Below are positions 21,401 through 31,978 of a DNA stretch of 64,000 nucleotides, piece after piece. The stretch is from the NCBI GenBank assembly GCA_025594325.1, contig JANHCV010000006.1, forward strand, positions 372,001 through 436,000, read 5' to 3'. The first letter of the stretch is position 1, and the number at the start of each line of letters is the position of its first letter. The notes under the pieces were generated by a model, which ran no database searches, was not told the origin of the DNA, and saw only the letters and a program-made list of their open reading frames with translations. The DNA comes from Blastocladiella emersonii ATCC 22665 (Eukaryota > Fungi > Blastocladiomycota). The position numbers and the translations under genes are program-made.

Positions 21401-22426
21401 GCCAAGGTCTTCGACATCAAGGACCTCGGTCTCGCCGACTCGTTCCTCAACATGGAGGTGGTCCAGCACGAGGACTACATCTGGATCGGGCAGACGGGGT
21501 ACGTCAAGGGCCTCGTCAACCACTGGGAGCTCGGCAAGACCAACGCGCCGGTGCCCATCTCGCAGCTGCCCGAGTCCGGTATCACCAACACGATGCTCAG
21601 GTCGCCCAAGACCGCGGGTACCACGCTCGACGCGGGTACCCCCGGCGACGACATGTACGACGCGTCGCAGGTCGACATCACGCACTCGACCACCACGCTC
21701 GACGCGGACCGCACTCGCGCGTACCAGTCGGTCCTCGGCGCGCTACTCCATCTCGCCACCGTGTCGCGCCCCGACATCTCGTTCGCGGTCGGCGTCGCGT
21801 CCCGCCGCGCGGCGTGCCCGACTTTCGCAGATCGCAAGGTGCTCAACCAGATCTGCCACTACGTGTCCAACACGGCCGACCACGGCCTCAAGTTCGTCCG
21901 CAAGGCGCCCATCAACGAGTCGATGCGCTGCTACGCCGACGCCGACTACGCGGGCGACAAGGAGACGTGCCGCTCGACCACGGGCGTCGTCATCTCGATC
22001 GCGGGCGCCGCCGTCGCGTGGATGTCCAAGCGCCAGCCATGGGTCGCGCTGTCCACGGTCGAGTCGGAGCTCAACGCCGCCACCGAGGCGACGCGCGAGG
22101 TCATCTGGATCCGCGACCTGCTCGAGCAGATGACGCACTCCGAGATCAACCCACCCGTCCTGCTCGAGGACAACGAGCCGCTGATCGCCGTGACTCGAAC
22201 CGATGCCGTGTGCCGCTCCGTCAAGCACATCTCGGTCCGCATCGAGTTCCTCCGCGACAAGGTCAAGCGCGGCATCATCTCGCTCCAGAAGGTCGCGTCG
22301 GCGCTCAACCTCGCCGACTTCTTCAACAAGGCCATTGTCGACGGCAAGGCGTTCCAGTGGGCCGTGTCCAGTCTCGGCCTCGTCCCGCGGTCGCTCATCC
22401 ACGAGCACGCCGAGTCCGACGCGTAA
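18440..22426 (+). pseudogene. pol: Copia pol, frameshifted, integrase core deleted; RT-RNase H frame intact
   Basis: Protease FVGDSGASNTM (frame 2); shift near 18760 to frame 1 (NTFFVPELIVPIVS .. HLRFGHAGREAL); shift near 19770 straight to the integrase C-terminus LWWYAIDHANFVWNRTP. RT motifs FKARLVARG, SLYGLKDAGRHW and YVDDLL; RNase H YADADYAGD and EDN; stop at 22426. Confidence 0.92.
19279..19368 (+). repeat. 30-bp tandem repeat x3 (DVGG[A/T]GPPL[T/A]) inside pol
   Basis: GACGTCGGGGGA.. at 19279, 19309 and 19339. Confidence 0.9.
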
Positions 22427-22446
22427 GCTCGACTCGCCCGGCGGTC

Positions 22447-22453
22447 GGGGGAG
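22447..22453 (+). promoter_or_regulatory. Polypurine tract
   Basis: GGGGGAG immediately before the 3' LTR. Confidence 0.75.
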
Positions 22454-22830
22454 AGTTCAAGTACACGTGAACGCGTTGCGCCACAGTCACCGGACGCGTG
22501 CGACCCCGCCTGCGTCACGCGCGTCACGCGCACCGCGCCGATCTCCTTTGTCATCGCCGCGGACCGCCTCACCTCACCGAGCGACGCGTCGGCCCGCTCA
22601 CATCGGGCGACGCGCCCCCGCATCCCCTCTCTCTCTTGTTCCTTTGACCAGTTGCTAGTATTAGCCACCACATACAGCCTGTTGTCCTCTCGTGAACCTC
22701 CTCACCGTCTCCTCTTGTGAACCTCTTCACCGTCCCCTCTTGTGAACCTCTTCACCGCCTCGATCTTCATCTCCGCCAAGATCGCACGTCCATCGTGCCG
22801 AGCTTCCTCCCAGTCGAGTACGCTTCAACT
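22454..22830 (+). repeat. 3' LTR (377 bp)
   Basis: AGTTCAAG...CTTCAACT followed by TSD TCGGC. Confidence 0.95.
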
Positions 22831-23638
22831 TCGGCCACGCTGTCAATGCCGCGCACGCCCAGAGGCGATGCGCCGCCGTAGGTGCCATCCGCCAGGTTTT
22901 GGATGCGACAGGACGAAGCAAAGCGGGAACATGCGCGAAAGTGAGCCGAGATAGAACAAGGCATTCGTAGCGTTGGATGCAAACACGAGGCGACGGATAG
23001 CAAGGGGATCGATGTGACGCAGGAACGGGAGGTGGGCCACTGGCGTCCGCCGCCGATTACAGAGAGCGACTTGCCATGGCAAGAGTGTTGATCGAGGAGC
23101 TGGACGTCCAAAACGAGACTCACGGGGAGCGGGACAAGTATCAAGGATGATCGATCCGTGCCAGTCGCACAGAAGCTTACTAAGCGCGTTTGGGCGGATC
23201 AAGGTTGAGCGGAGCGAGGCAACCAGCGCGCTGGACCCGTTTGACTATATCGCCGTCACGAGCCAGCGACGCAATGTAGAGCGTGCCTTCGAAAACAACG
23301 AGCGGAGATGAACGTTTTAGCTTGACGAGGTTCCAAACGGGTCCGGCCGACAGTTTCTGAGGGTCGACGGCATTGTTATGCAAGAACGGACTGACGACCG
23401 CGGACAGCAGTCCGCGATCGCGCGAGTCAAGTCACTCTGGACCGAAATGGTGAGCTCGCGGTAGAGGTGCGACTGAGTGACGGCGTAAGCATCGCGACAA
23501 AGGCCACCGATAAAGCGCAAGTTCAGACACGAGACCCCGGCGGATCGTCGCACCAAGGGCCGTCAACAAGGACGATCGTATGCCAGAGTTACAGCAGGAA
23601 GTCGGGAGCAAGACCCTCGATACTTCATTGGATTTCAT
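22831..23638 (-). pseudogene. F-box/LRR-like family copy B, 5' part; frameshifted and interrupted by the copia element
   Basis: Starts MKSNE (intact copy: MKTNE). Fragments FIGGLCRDAYAV, PLVVFEGTLYIASLARDGD and LPFLRHIDPLAIRRLVFASNA lie in different frames. Confidence 0.8.
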
Positions 23639-24335
23639 GGGATTTATTAATCTGGTTCATTCGGGGAGTGTGGACCGCTTCGGGCCGGCGGCCTCGACTT
23701 GAACTCGTGCGCGCAGCCCTCCCTTTCTCGCCTTGCTTCCCTCAAGCTGAATGGATTAAAAATAATGTAACGACACTTGCTGCAATGTACTCTGAGATGG
23801 TTTTGCGACCATGCGTCAACTCGTCAGCGGAAATGCGGAGCGAGGCGTGAACGCCCAGGCCGCGTTCGCGACGCTGCCAACGACGGCTCGCTCGGATTTG
23901 TTTCGTGGAGCTGCGAGGATCAAGACCAGTTCTATTACCTTGACTCGCGAACGACGAACATGCTTCTTGGATTTATTAAGACGGGGCTCGTACGTACACA
24001 GGTGAGAGGCCGTTGAGTTGGGAACCCGCCGCCATCATCACGAGCCCGTGTCGCGTCTCTCGGATCGCATGCGCATTGTTGTGTAGACGGCTTGAGGAGT
24101 TACCACGTACTACGCCTTAGCTGAATCTGCATGACCACTCAGAACTGGTCGGTCCTGTCCGCCAGCGCGCGCACGAACCGCGCGCCAGCTACTCGCACCA
24201 CTACTCCATGTGCCTTCTCTCGCGCGGCAGGACCTATCGACCATCGCCGCCAATCGCGTTGAGCCCTTTGCGAGTCCTATTTTTCAAGGGAATCGTTCTA
24301 TTTTCCCGTCTACAGCTCCAGCAGCACTTCCGCCA

Positions 24336-26198
24336 TCAAACGCCCCACGTCCCGAGCTTCTTGAAGTTCTCGAGCTCGGCCAGCAGTCGTTCACCGGCAG
24401 CCTCGCTGTCCTGCTCAGCGCGGTCATGGAGCACGGTCTCAGCGACGTTCGGCCACCGCTCGACGGGGATACGCTCCATCGGCCCGCGCACCGTGACCTT
24501 GCGCAGCGCGGGAAGCTCCGTGTTCGCCAAGCAGCTGCACACGGACGCGTCCGCGTCAAGTTCGCGCAGGTTAGACAGCGCGAGCGGGCCGAGATCGCTA
24601 TGCGGCTCGGGTGCTGATACGATGGGGATGAGCAGCCGCTCGAGCTTGGGGAAGAGCTGCCCGAGACGGCGCAGGTCGTTGACGCTCATCTCCATCTGCG
24701 TGGTGCACTCTGGGTCGTCGGGTTGGACCGCGAACTCGCGGAGGTTGCGAGCCTTGGCGAAAGAGTCCAAGTGGTTGGCGTTGAACTTGGTCATTCCGAG
24801 ACCAAGCGAGTGGATCCCGAGGTTGGACGAGCACTTGCCGTCGTTGACGATGACCAAGGTCTCGAGAAGCGGGAACGCGTCGTCCTTGCACTGCTCAAAG
24901 GGCCGGTGCGACGCGTTCTCGCGCTGCATGCGATAAATCGCATCGAGGCAGATGAACGAGAGCTCGAGGTAACGCAAGCTGGGCATAGACACGACGAGGG
25001 GCGACATGACGTTCACATTGACGTACTTGCCCGTGCCAAGCAACGCGAGCCGCTCGATGTGCGGGTGCATAAAGATATCCTCGAGGCAATCCAAGTCGCC
25101 GTCGATCCCGCGCAGTGTAAAGCTCGTGACGCGGCGGAACGCGCGGAGCCGCGGAGCCTCGGGCCCGAACCGGCGGCGCATGCGCGTGTCGTAGTCGTCG
25201 TCGCTATCACTGCCGGCAAACTCCTCGGCGCTCGCGTCGCTGTCGCGCTCCTCGTCGCTCGGGTAGCGCGCGGTGCCAATTGGATCGCCGATCACACCAT
25301 GCAGCCCGGCGTCGCGCAGGCGCGCGAGCTGGTACTTGGACAGGACGAGGGCTTCGACGGCGGGCAGCAGGTGGTCGTCAAACGAGCCGCCGTCGTAGTC
25401 CATCTCGGTCGCGCCGAGCGGGACCGTGGCGCCGGCGGACTCGTCGGCCAGGTTTTCGATGAAGCAGGATGAGGCACGCGGGAACATGCGCGAGAGCGAG
25501 CCAAGCACGCTCGAGGCGTCGGGGGCGTTGGAGGTGAACACGAGCTTGCGGATAGCGCGCGGATCAAGCTGGCGCACGAAGGGCAAGCGGTTCCAGCGGC
25601 GACCGCCGATGGTCGGCGAGAGCTCGTTGGCGCGCCCCTGCGGGTCGAGGAGCACGACGTACGACACGAGCCTCGTGGGGAAGGGCACGAGTACGAGGCC
25701 GCCGCGGACGAGGCAGAAAAGCTCACTGAGCGCGGCCGGGTGGACAAAGTCGGACCACATGGCGGTGACGGTGCGCTGGACACGCTCCGCCGTGTCGCCG
25801 TCGCGAGCGAGTGAGGCAAAGTAGAGCTTGCCGTCGAGCACGACCAGCGGGTTCAGCTGCTGCACCTTGGTGACGCTCCGGATGCGGCGGAAGAGCGGGT
25901 CGGTCAAGCCGACGGCGTGGAGGCGGGGGAACGGCACGGCGTCGGGGTGCACCGCGCTGCACTCGGGCGGGAAGTCGGCGCTGAAGCTGCCGCGGATCGG
26001 GAGGATGAGTTCGCGGAAGAGAAGCGGGCGCGCCGCGGCGTAGGCGTCGCGGCAGAGGGCGCCGACACGGAACAGGTCCCAGCGCCACGTGTCGCGCGGG
26101 TCGCGGCAGCGGCGGCCGGCGTCGAGGAGGTGGGAGACAAGCCGTTGCCACACGTCGAGCGGCAGCTCAGGGGTTGGCGGTCCTTCATTCGTTTTCAT
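24336..26198 (-). CDS. F-box-like/LRR-like protein, intact copy C, about 620 aa
   Basis: Intronless ORF with strong C/G third-position bias. N-terminal F-box-like PELPLDVWQRLVSHLL; C-terminal LxxLxL units (LRYLELS, LETLVI, LERLLI, LRELDA, LRKVTV). The start MKTNE at 26198 is supported by paralog B. Confidence 0.8.
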   Translation of the reverse strand: MKTNEGPPTPELPLDVWQRLVSHLLDAGRRCRDPRDTWRWDLFRVGALCRDAYAAARPLLFRELILPIRGSFSADFPPECSAVHPDAVPFPRLHAVGLTDPLFRRIRSVTKVQQLNPLVVLDGKLYFASLARDGDTAERVQRTVTAMWSDFVHPAALSELFCLVRGGLVLVPFPTRLVSYVVLLDPQGRANELSPTIGGRRWNRLPFVRQLDPRAIRKLVFTSNAPDASSVLGSLSRMFPRASSCFIENLADESAGATVPLGATEMDYDGGSFDDHLLPAVEALVLSKYQLARLRDAGLHGVIGDPIGTARYPSDEERDSDASAEEFAGSDSDDDYDTRMRRRFGPEAPRLRAFRRVTSFTLRGIDGDLDCLEDIFMHPHIERLALLGTGKYVNVNVMSPLVVSMPSLRYLELSFICLDAIYRMQRENASHRPFEQCKDDAFPLLETLVIVNDGKCSSNLGIHSLGLGMTKFNANHLDSFAKARNLREFAVQPDDPECTTQMEMSVNDLRRLGQLFPKLERLLIPIVSAPEPHSDLGPLALSNLRELDADASVCSCLANTELPALRKVTVRGPMERIPVERWPNVAETVLHDRAEQDSEAAGERLLAELENFKKLGTWGV

Positions 26199-27400
26199 TG
26201 CGGGCGAGGACTGATCGATCATGTTTTCATGGACGGGAGAGAGGGCGGTTTCGGATGGCGGCGGCAAAGTTAACCGTGCCTCCTGCGCCACACCCGCGCC
26301 GCGGCGCCCGTTGCTGAAGTCTCCGGACGCCAAGCGTCTCTCGCGTAAATCTGCTGCCGCGCACTTGGTGCAACGCGTATTGCTTGCGGTTCTTCGTGAA
26401 CTGGCGCTGTTGCAGCGCTCGATCGCGTATTTGAGCGGGCCGGCCGCAACCGTGGGAGCGCTTGACGGCTCCATACGCTCCCGCTAGCGATGGTGAGCAT
26501 CAGTGAAGCCAGATGCGTGAGGACCAGACATGTTCGGAGCTTGAGGAGCGAGACTCGGGGGCGCGGCTTCGTCTGGGTTCGCGAGGCGCCGCTTGACACT
26601 GGAGCGCGCGCGGCGGGCGTGGGCGCGGTGCGCAAAAGGCGGGGGACGGTGGCCGCGATCGCCGTTGGGCGAAAAACACTTAAAACGGGTCACAGGCATC
26701 CGCGGTATTGCCCGCCGGCGGTCTTGGCGTCGGGTCGCGCGCGTGTTGCCCGTTGGCCGTCGCCCCCCTCAAGGCATCTCGAGGCCCGCGCGCGTTGATC
26801 GGGCGCGCCGTCAAGTTTCCGCCTCGACTCGGCGGCGGCCGTGGACTTTTTTTCGCCTCTCTCTCCGTGGTCCCGGCTAGCTTGCTCAGCTGCGTCAACA
26901 CGAGGCTAACGTACGTCGCTTCTCGTCGCGTCGCGTCGCGGCCGTCTCCCTCCGGGTTCCCAGTTCGCACGATCCCGTCGGCTTCTCCTTTCCTTCCACC
27001 ACGCTTGCTGCGCCCGTGCGTCCGGCCACACCGCACGCCGTCCCGCCATCCCGCCCTCCGCCTTCGACCCCCCTTCTCGCCGCCTTCTCGTCGCTTCCAG
27101 AGTCTTCTCGGCGCGACAGGCGTGTGCTGCATGTGTGCGTCCCTCGTGTGCGACTCGTCGACTAACCTGCGGCAGCGGCCCAGCCGCTCCCCGCCGACCC
27201 GCAGTAGGGGCTGCCTCTCCCACGCGGACGCGAACGGGCGTGTGACCTGCCATCATATACTGTAACGGCGGCCGGCCGGCGCCCATCGCAACACCCGGCA
27301 ACGGCACGCCCAGGCTTCCGCAGCTCGCACCACGAGCCGCGCCGCGCTTCTTCTCCCCTTCTCCCACTTTGCTCGCCCACCCGACCGCCGCTGCACTGCC

Positions 27401-29671
27401 ATGGATCATCGCCGCCACCACCACCACGACTACGACGCCGGCCCTCTCCCGCCCGACCGCGGCCCGCACGCGGCTCGTCCGAGCGCGCCGTTGACCGGCA
27501 CCGGCGCAGCCGCCTCGCTGACGCCGCACGAGTGGACCCCGAACGCGAACGCGAACGCGGCCACGGAGCGTGGCGGCAGCGGCGGCGGCAGCGGCAGCGT
27601 GGGAGCGGCCGACCGCGCGCCTCCGTCCGCGCTGCACGCTGCGGAACCGGGCCGGCGCCCTCTCGATCACGGCCGTCGCGCCGATCAGGCGTTTGCGGCG
27701 CGGCACGAGCACGGCGGCGCCGCAGCTTACGGCTCCGCGAACGCGCCCGGACACCACGGTCCTCCCGCCGCCGCCGACGACGACTACTACACGATGCATC
27801 CACCGCGGCCCCCACCGCAACCCGAACTCGACCAGTACGCGCACTCGCACTCGCACTCGCGCGCGGACGCACGCCGGCAGCGGCCCGCAGCGGCGGGTCG
27901 TAGCGTCGATCATCCCGCGATCACGGCGGGCGCGCCCGAGTACGGCTCCCCGCCCGACCTCGCTCCCGCGGGCCCGAATCTGGGCGGCGACGAGTGGCAC
28001 CACGCACATGCGCACGCGCCGCCGCCGCCGCGCTGGGAGCCCGGCTCCGAGTACGACCCGCAGCACCACCACCATCCCGCGCCGCCCGACCAGCGCTCGC
28101 TGCCACGGTCATCGCGCCACCTCGGTGCTACGCTGCCCGACCAGTATCCGCTGCCGCCCCCGCCGCCACGCCGTTCGGCCGCGCCGCGCAGTCACGCGCC
28201 CGGCCACGAGCACGAGCACGCGTCGCACCACTGGGACGCGCCGCCGCACCATGGCGAGGCGCAGCCGTACGGCTACGACGGCGGCGACTACTACCACCTG
28301 CGCCCCGACGCGTCGTCGGCCTTCCCGCCGCACGGTCCACCGCCGCCGCCGCGCCCGCCCCACGGCGACCCCTCTCGCCACCATCACGGCGCGCCGTGGG
28401 ACCACGCCGGTCCGCCGCCCTTCTACCAGCCGGGCTACGCGCCGCCTCCACCGCCGCCGCACCTCGTGCCGTACCACCACCACCACCACCCGCCGCCTCC
28501 ACCGGCGCCGCAGCCGTACCATGGCGCAGCTACGTGGCCGCCTGCACCACCGGCGCTTCCACGCGAGGGCCGCGACCGACCCGGCCGCGCGGACGCGTGG
28601 CGACCCGACTACCACCACCACGCCGCCGCCGACCACCGACGACCGCGGTCGCCGCGATATAGCGGGCACACGCTCGTTCCGCCGCCGCCGCCTCCGCCCG
28701 CGGGCTACGCGTCGTCGCATCGACGGCGTCCGCGCGACGAGGCCGAGCACGAGGTGTCGCCGTATCCGCACGCTGCGCCCGAGTTCGAGTTTGCGTTTGG
28801 CCGAGCAGGTGCTGATCAAAGCGACCGCGTTTCGCATCGCGATTTGCCCGTCGCGGTCGCGGGCCGGCGTGGTGACTCAGCCGGCGCCACTTCTTCGTCG
28901 GCGCCCGCGGCGGCCCCCTTCTCCGCCGGTTCCGCCGGATCTCACCGCGGATCACGCGCCGCCGCCGCTGGTCCCGCGCCCACCCCGACCACCGCCCCCG
29001 CCGCCGTGGCCCCCGCTGCGGACAACGGCGGCGACGAGGACGACGACCAGGCGCCCGGTGCGTCGTCGGCCAGGGTACGCTGCTATGCGTGGCTATCCGG
29101 GGCACCGTCACCCGATCACCGCTGACCGCCCCCCTCCCCCCCTCTCCCGCTGTAGCCGCGCCGCGAGTTCTTCGTGTTCGACCGCGAGCGGTACCGCCTG
29201 ATGGAAGCCTCGCTGCGCACCCCCTCGACCCCCTCCTTCCCCGCGGGCCTGACGCGCAAGCGGTGGCGGCGCATCATGTCGTACCTGGAGCTGCGGCCCG
29301 AGAACCCGCCGCGCCGCACGCTGACGTGGAAGGGGTGCCAGCTGTGGCTCGCGCCCGCCGAGGACTGGCGCGACATCATCGTGCGCGAGTTCCACCTGCC
29401 GCCGGGCGTCGCGGCCGCGGACCCGGCGGGGGCCGACCCGGCGCTGATGCCGCAGCATCGGACGTTCACGCAGACGCTCAAGCTCGTCGCACGCCGGTAC
29501 CAGACGCGCCGCTCGCGCGCGGGGATCCCGCTCGAGTTCGTCGAGCAGGTGTGCCACGAGTGCCCGTGCTACGCGCGGATGATGGCGGCCGAGGCGGCGA
29601 TTGCGGCGGGCGTGGCGGCGGCCGAGGATGAAGAGGACGCGGCGGAGGAAGAGCTGTCGGATGACGAATAG
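27401..29671 (+). CDS. Pro/His-rich low-complexity protein with C-terminal integrase-type H2C2 zinc-binding domain, about 729 aa
   Basis: Exons 27401-29074 and 29156-29671 (intron GTACGC..GCTGAC..TAG, phase 0). C-terminal WRDIIVREFH..QHRTFTQTLKLVARRY..GIPLEFVEQVCHEC, then an acidic tail. Confidence 0.7.
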
Positions 29672-29755
29672 CACTGATGGGAGGTGCAGTTCGCGTCCCT
29701 CCCCTCTTGCACACCCGTGTCGTCGTGGTTGATTCTGAATGTATTCGATCCCCTT

Positions 29756-31686
29756 CTACTCGACCATCCCGAGACTCAACCCCGTCGCGTACACCCACGC
29801 GGCGACGAACCCGGCGCACGAGACCATCTGGTTGAGCAGGACGTACGTGTCGGGGAACCTGGGCGGCGGCGGGACGAGGGCCTCAGCGAGATGAATCGCG
29901 AGACACGCCATCGTCACCGCCAACACCGCGACGCGGTACGCCCACCCGCCGCACCACCTCGGCACGCTCGTCGGCGTGACCGCGAACAACGCGTGCCAGC
30001 CGGCCGTCAGCACCGCGTAGGGAACGAGCAGCCCGTCGCGCCGCAGCAGCGGGTACATGGAAAAAGACGCGAGGTTGGCGAGCGGGACGACCCAGTGCGC
30101 GTGCCGCGCGAAATCGGACGCGAGCAGGAGCAGCGCGGGCGTCAGCGGGAGCAGGATCGACTTCTCGTGCACCTGGAATGCGAACAGGAAGAAGGCCAGG
30201 CTCACGGCCGTCAGCGACGCGAGTAGCCGCGCGGGCGTCGGGTGGCGGAACAGGCCGATGAGCGAGGGCAGCGACGCGAAGAGAGTCGATGCGAGGCTAT
30301 TAACGCGCGCGCGCGCGCGCGGGTTAGCGCAAGAGTGGGGGCGCGAGGAGGTGAGGCAACGACGGACCTGAGCTGCACGAGCTGGTCGAGCGTGAAGAGG
30401 GTGCGCAGCTTGAGGACGGGCGAGATGGCGCACCACACGTTGGCGACCTTGTCCTCGTATAGCCCGCGGGCCACGGGGAACACGCGGTGCGCGACCTGGC
30501 CGAGGTCGTAGCTACACGGTACGGCGGGTGTGAGAGCTCGCTCGCGAGCGGGAGGCGTAGCGGACCGTACCGGAAGGGGAAGAGATTGACGGCAAACGTC
30601 GCGATGACGGTGACGCCGAGCGCGACGAACAGCCGGATCCTAAATTTCGCGCACTGTTAGTCGCGCTTTCAATCCACACAACGCGCCGCACGTACCCGTG
30701 CTTGGCGTCAAAGCACTTGCTGAGCAAGAACACAAAGACGGGGAGGGCAAAGTAGAGGGCCATCTGCTTGAAGAGGAGGGCGAGCGAAAAGGCGACGGCG
30801 GCGCGCAGGTACGCGCCCGAGACCATCCAGCTGACGGCGAACATGGCGAGGCCCAGCATGATGAGGTTGTACTGGAAGTGGCCGTGGTCGATGAGGATCA
30901 GGCCGGGGAAGCCGAGGAGAACGGCGAGGCCGAGGAGCTGAAGACGGGCTGCAGTGAGTTTTGGCGCGGCTGCGCGCGAGGGTGTGACGTACCTTGGCCT
31001 TTTCGCCGGACCGGCGCAGGACCGTGTTGATAAAGTGGACGGCGGCGGGAAAGTAGACGAGCACGTCCGAGAAGAGGACGGTGGCACGCATGAAGGTGAC
31101 GAGGCCGCGCGACTCGTTGCCGCGCGACGCGTCGAGGGCGACCCACGCCGGGTTGATGGCGTGCGCGCTACACACGGTCGTTGGGTAAGTCTGATGCCTG
31201 TCACACATCCCGCGAAAGCGCGTACACAACACCAAACACCCAGCTGACGTAGGCGGTGAGCGGCGGGTAGTCGAGCCCCCAGTACCCGAGGTCGTAGCGG
31301 TACCACGCGGCCGGCGGCAGGTGCAGGGTGATCTCGAGCCAGTGGCGCTGGGCCTCAAAGTCGCCGAACATGGGCGGGGTCGCGCGGCCCGACCACGAGT
31401 GCCGCGCCACGGCCGCGCGCACCAGGAGGGCAGAGAACACGATCGCCCAGAATAGCGCGCGGCGTCCCGACGTGGCGCCCACGAGCAGGTGCGACATGAG
31501 GCACTCGTCGGGATCGTCCTCGTCGTGGTGTGGCGAGAGGGGCGACTTGCGGTCGCGCGCCGACAACGGCGACGCCGCGGGCCGCGAGTCCGAGTCGGAC
31601 GCGAGCGCGGCGAGGTTCAGCGGGCGCACGCCGCTGGGCGCGCCTGCGGCAGGCCGCTTGCGCAACGAGGCTCCATTGGATTGCAT
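29756..31686 (-). CDS. ALG6: Dolichyl-P-Glc:Man9GlcNAc2-PP-dolichol alpha-1,3-glucosyltransferase
   Basis: Exons 31686-31226, 31167-30993, 30937-30696, 30639-30571, 30511-30368 and 30296-29756. Motifs PMFGDFEAQRHWLEIT, YWGLDYPPLTAY, IDHGHFQYN, FKQMALY, RGLYEDKVANVWC and FQVHEKSILLP. Confidence 0.95.
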
Positions 31687-31978
31687 TTTACAATGATGTC
31701 TCTTTGAGAGGCGGGAGAGAGAGAGAGCGAAGGCGGGCGCGGCGCGTCGGGCACCGTGGGCGTCTCGGAGCGACCGCGAAGCCGCAACGTGACGTGGCCG
31801 ACTTTCTTTCGTCGGCCGCCAACCTCTCTCCCTCATCGAATGTAATACGCGACAGGCCAACAACGCCCTGTAACACCATGCAACTTGCGGCCTAGAGCCC
31901 CGCCCACCGACTGCCGACCGCGCCCTCACGCATCTCTTGCAAACCGACGCCGCCCATCTCTCTCCCGCCGCCGCCATC

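Larger units (their letters stand above)
14912..22830 (+). mobile_element. Ty1/copia LTR retrotransposon, recently inserted, internally deleted (non-autonomous)
   Basis: Two 377-bp LTRs; 5-bp TSD TCGGC (14907-14911 and 22831-22835); PBS and PPT; gag, protease, pre-integrase, RT and RNase H in copia order. Confidence 0.97.

Noticed and set aside
26199-26474. N-terminal 92 aa of the 712-aa ORF
   Set aside because: Paralog B starts at the equivalent of MKTNE (26198), and the upstream part looks non-coding. An ATG at 26222 remains a minor alternative.
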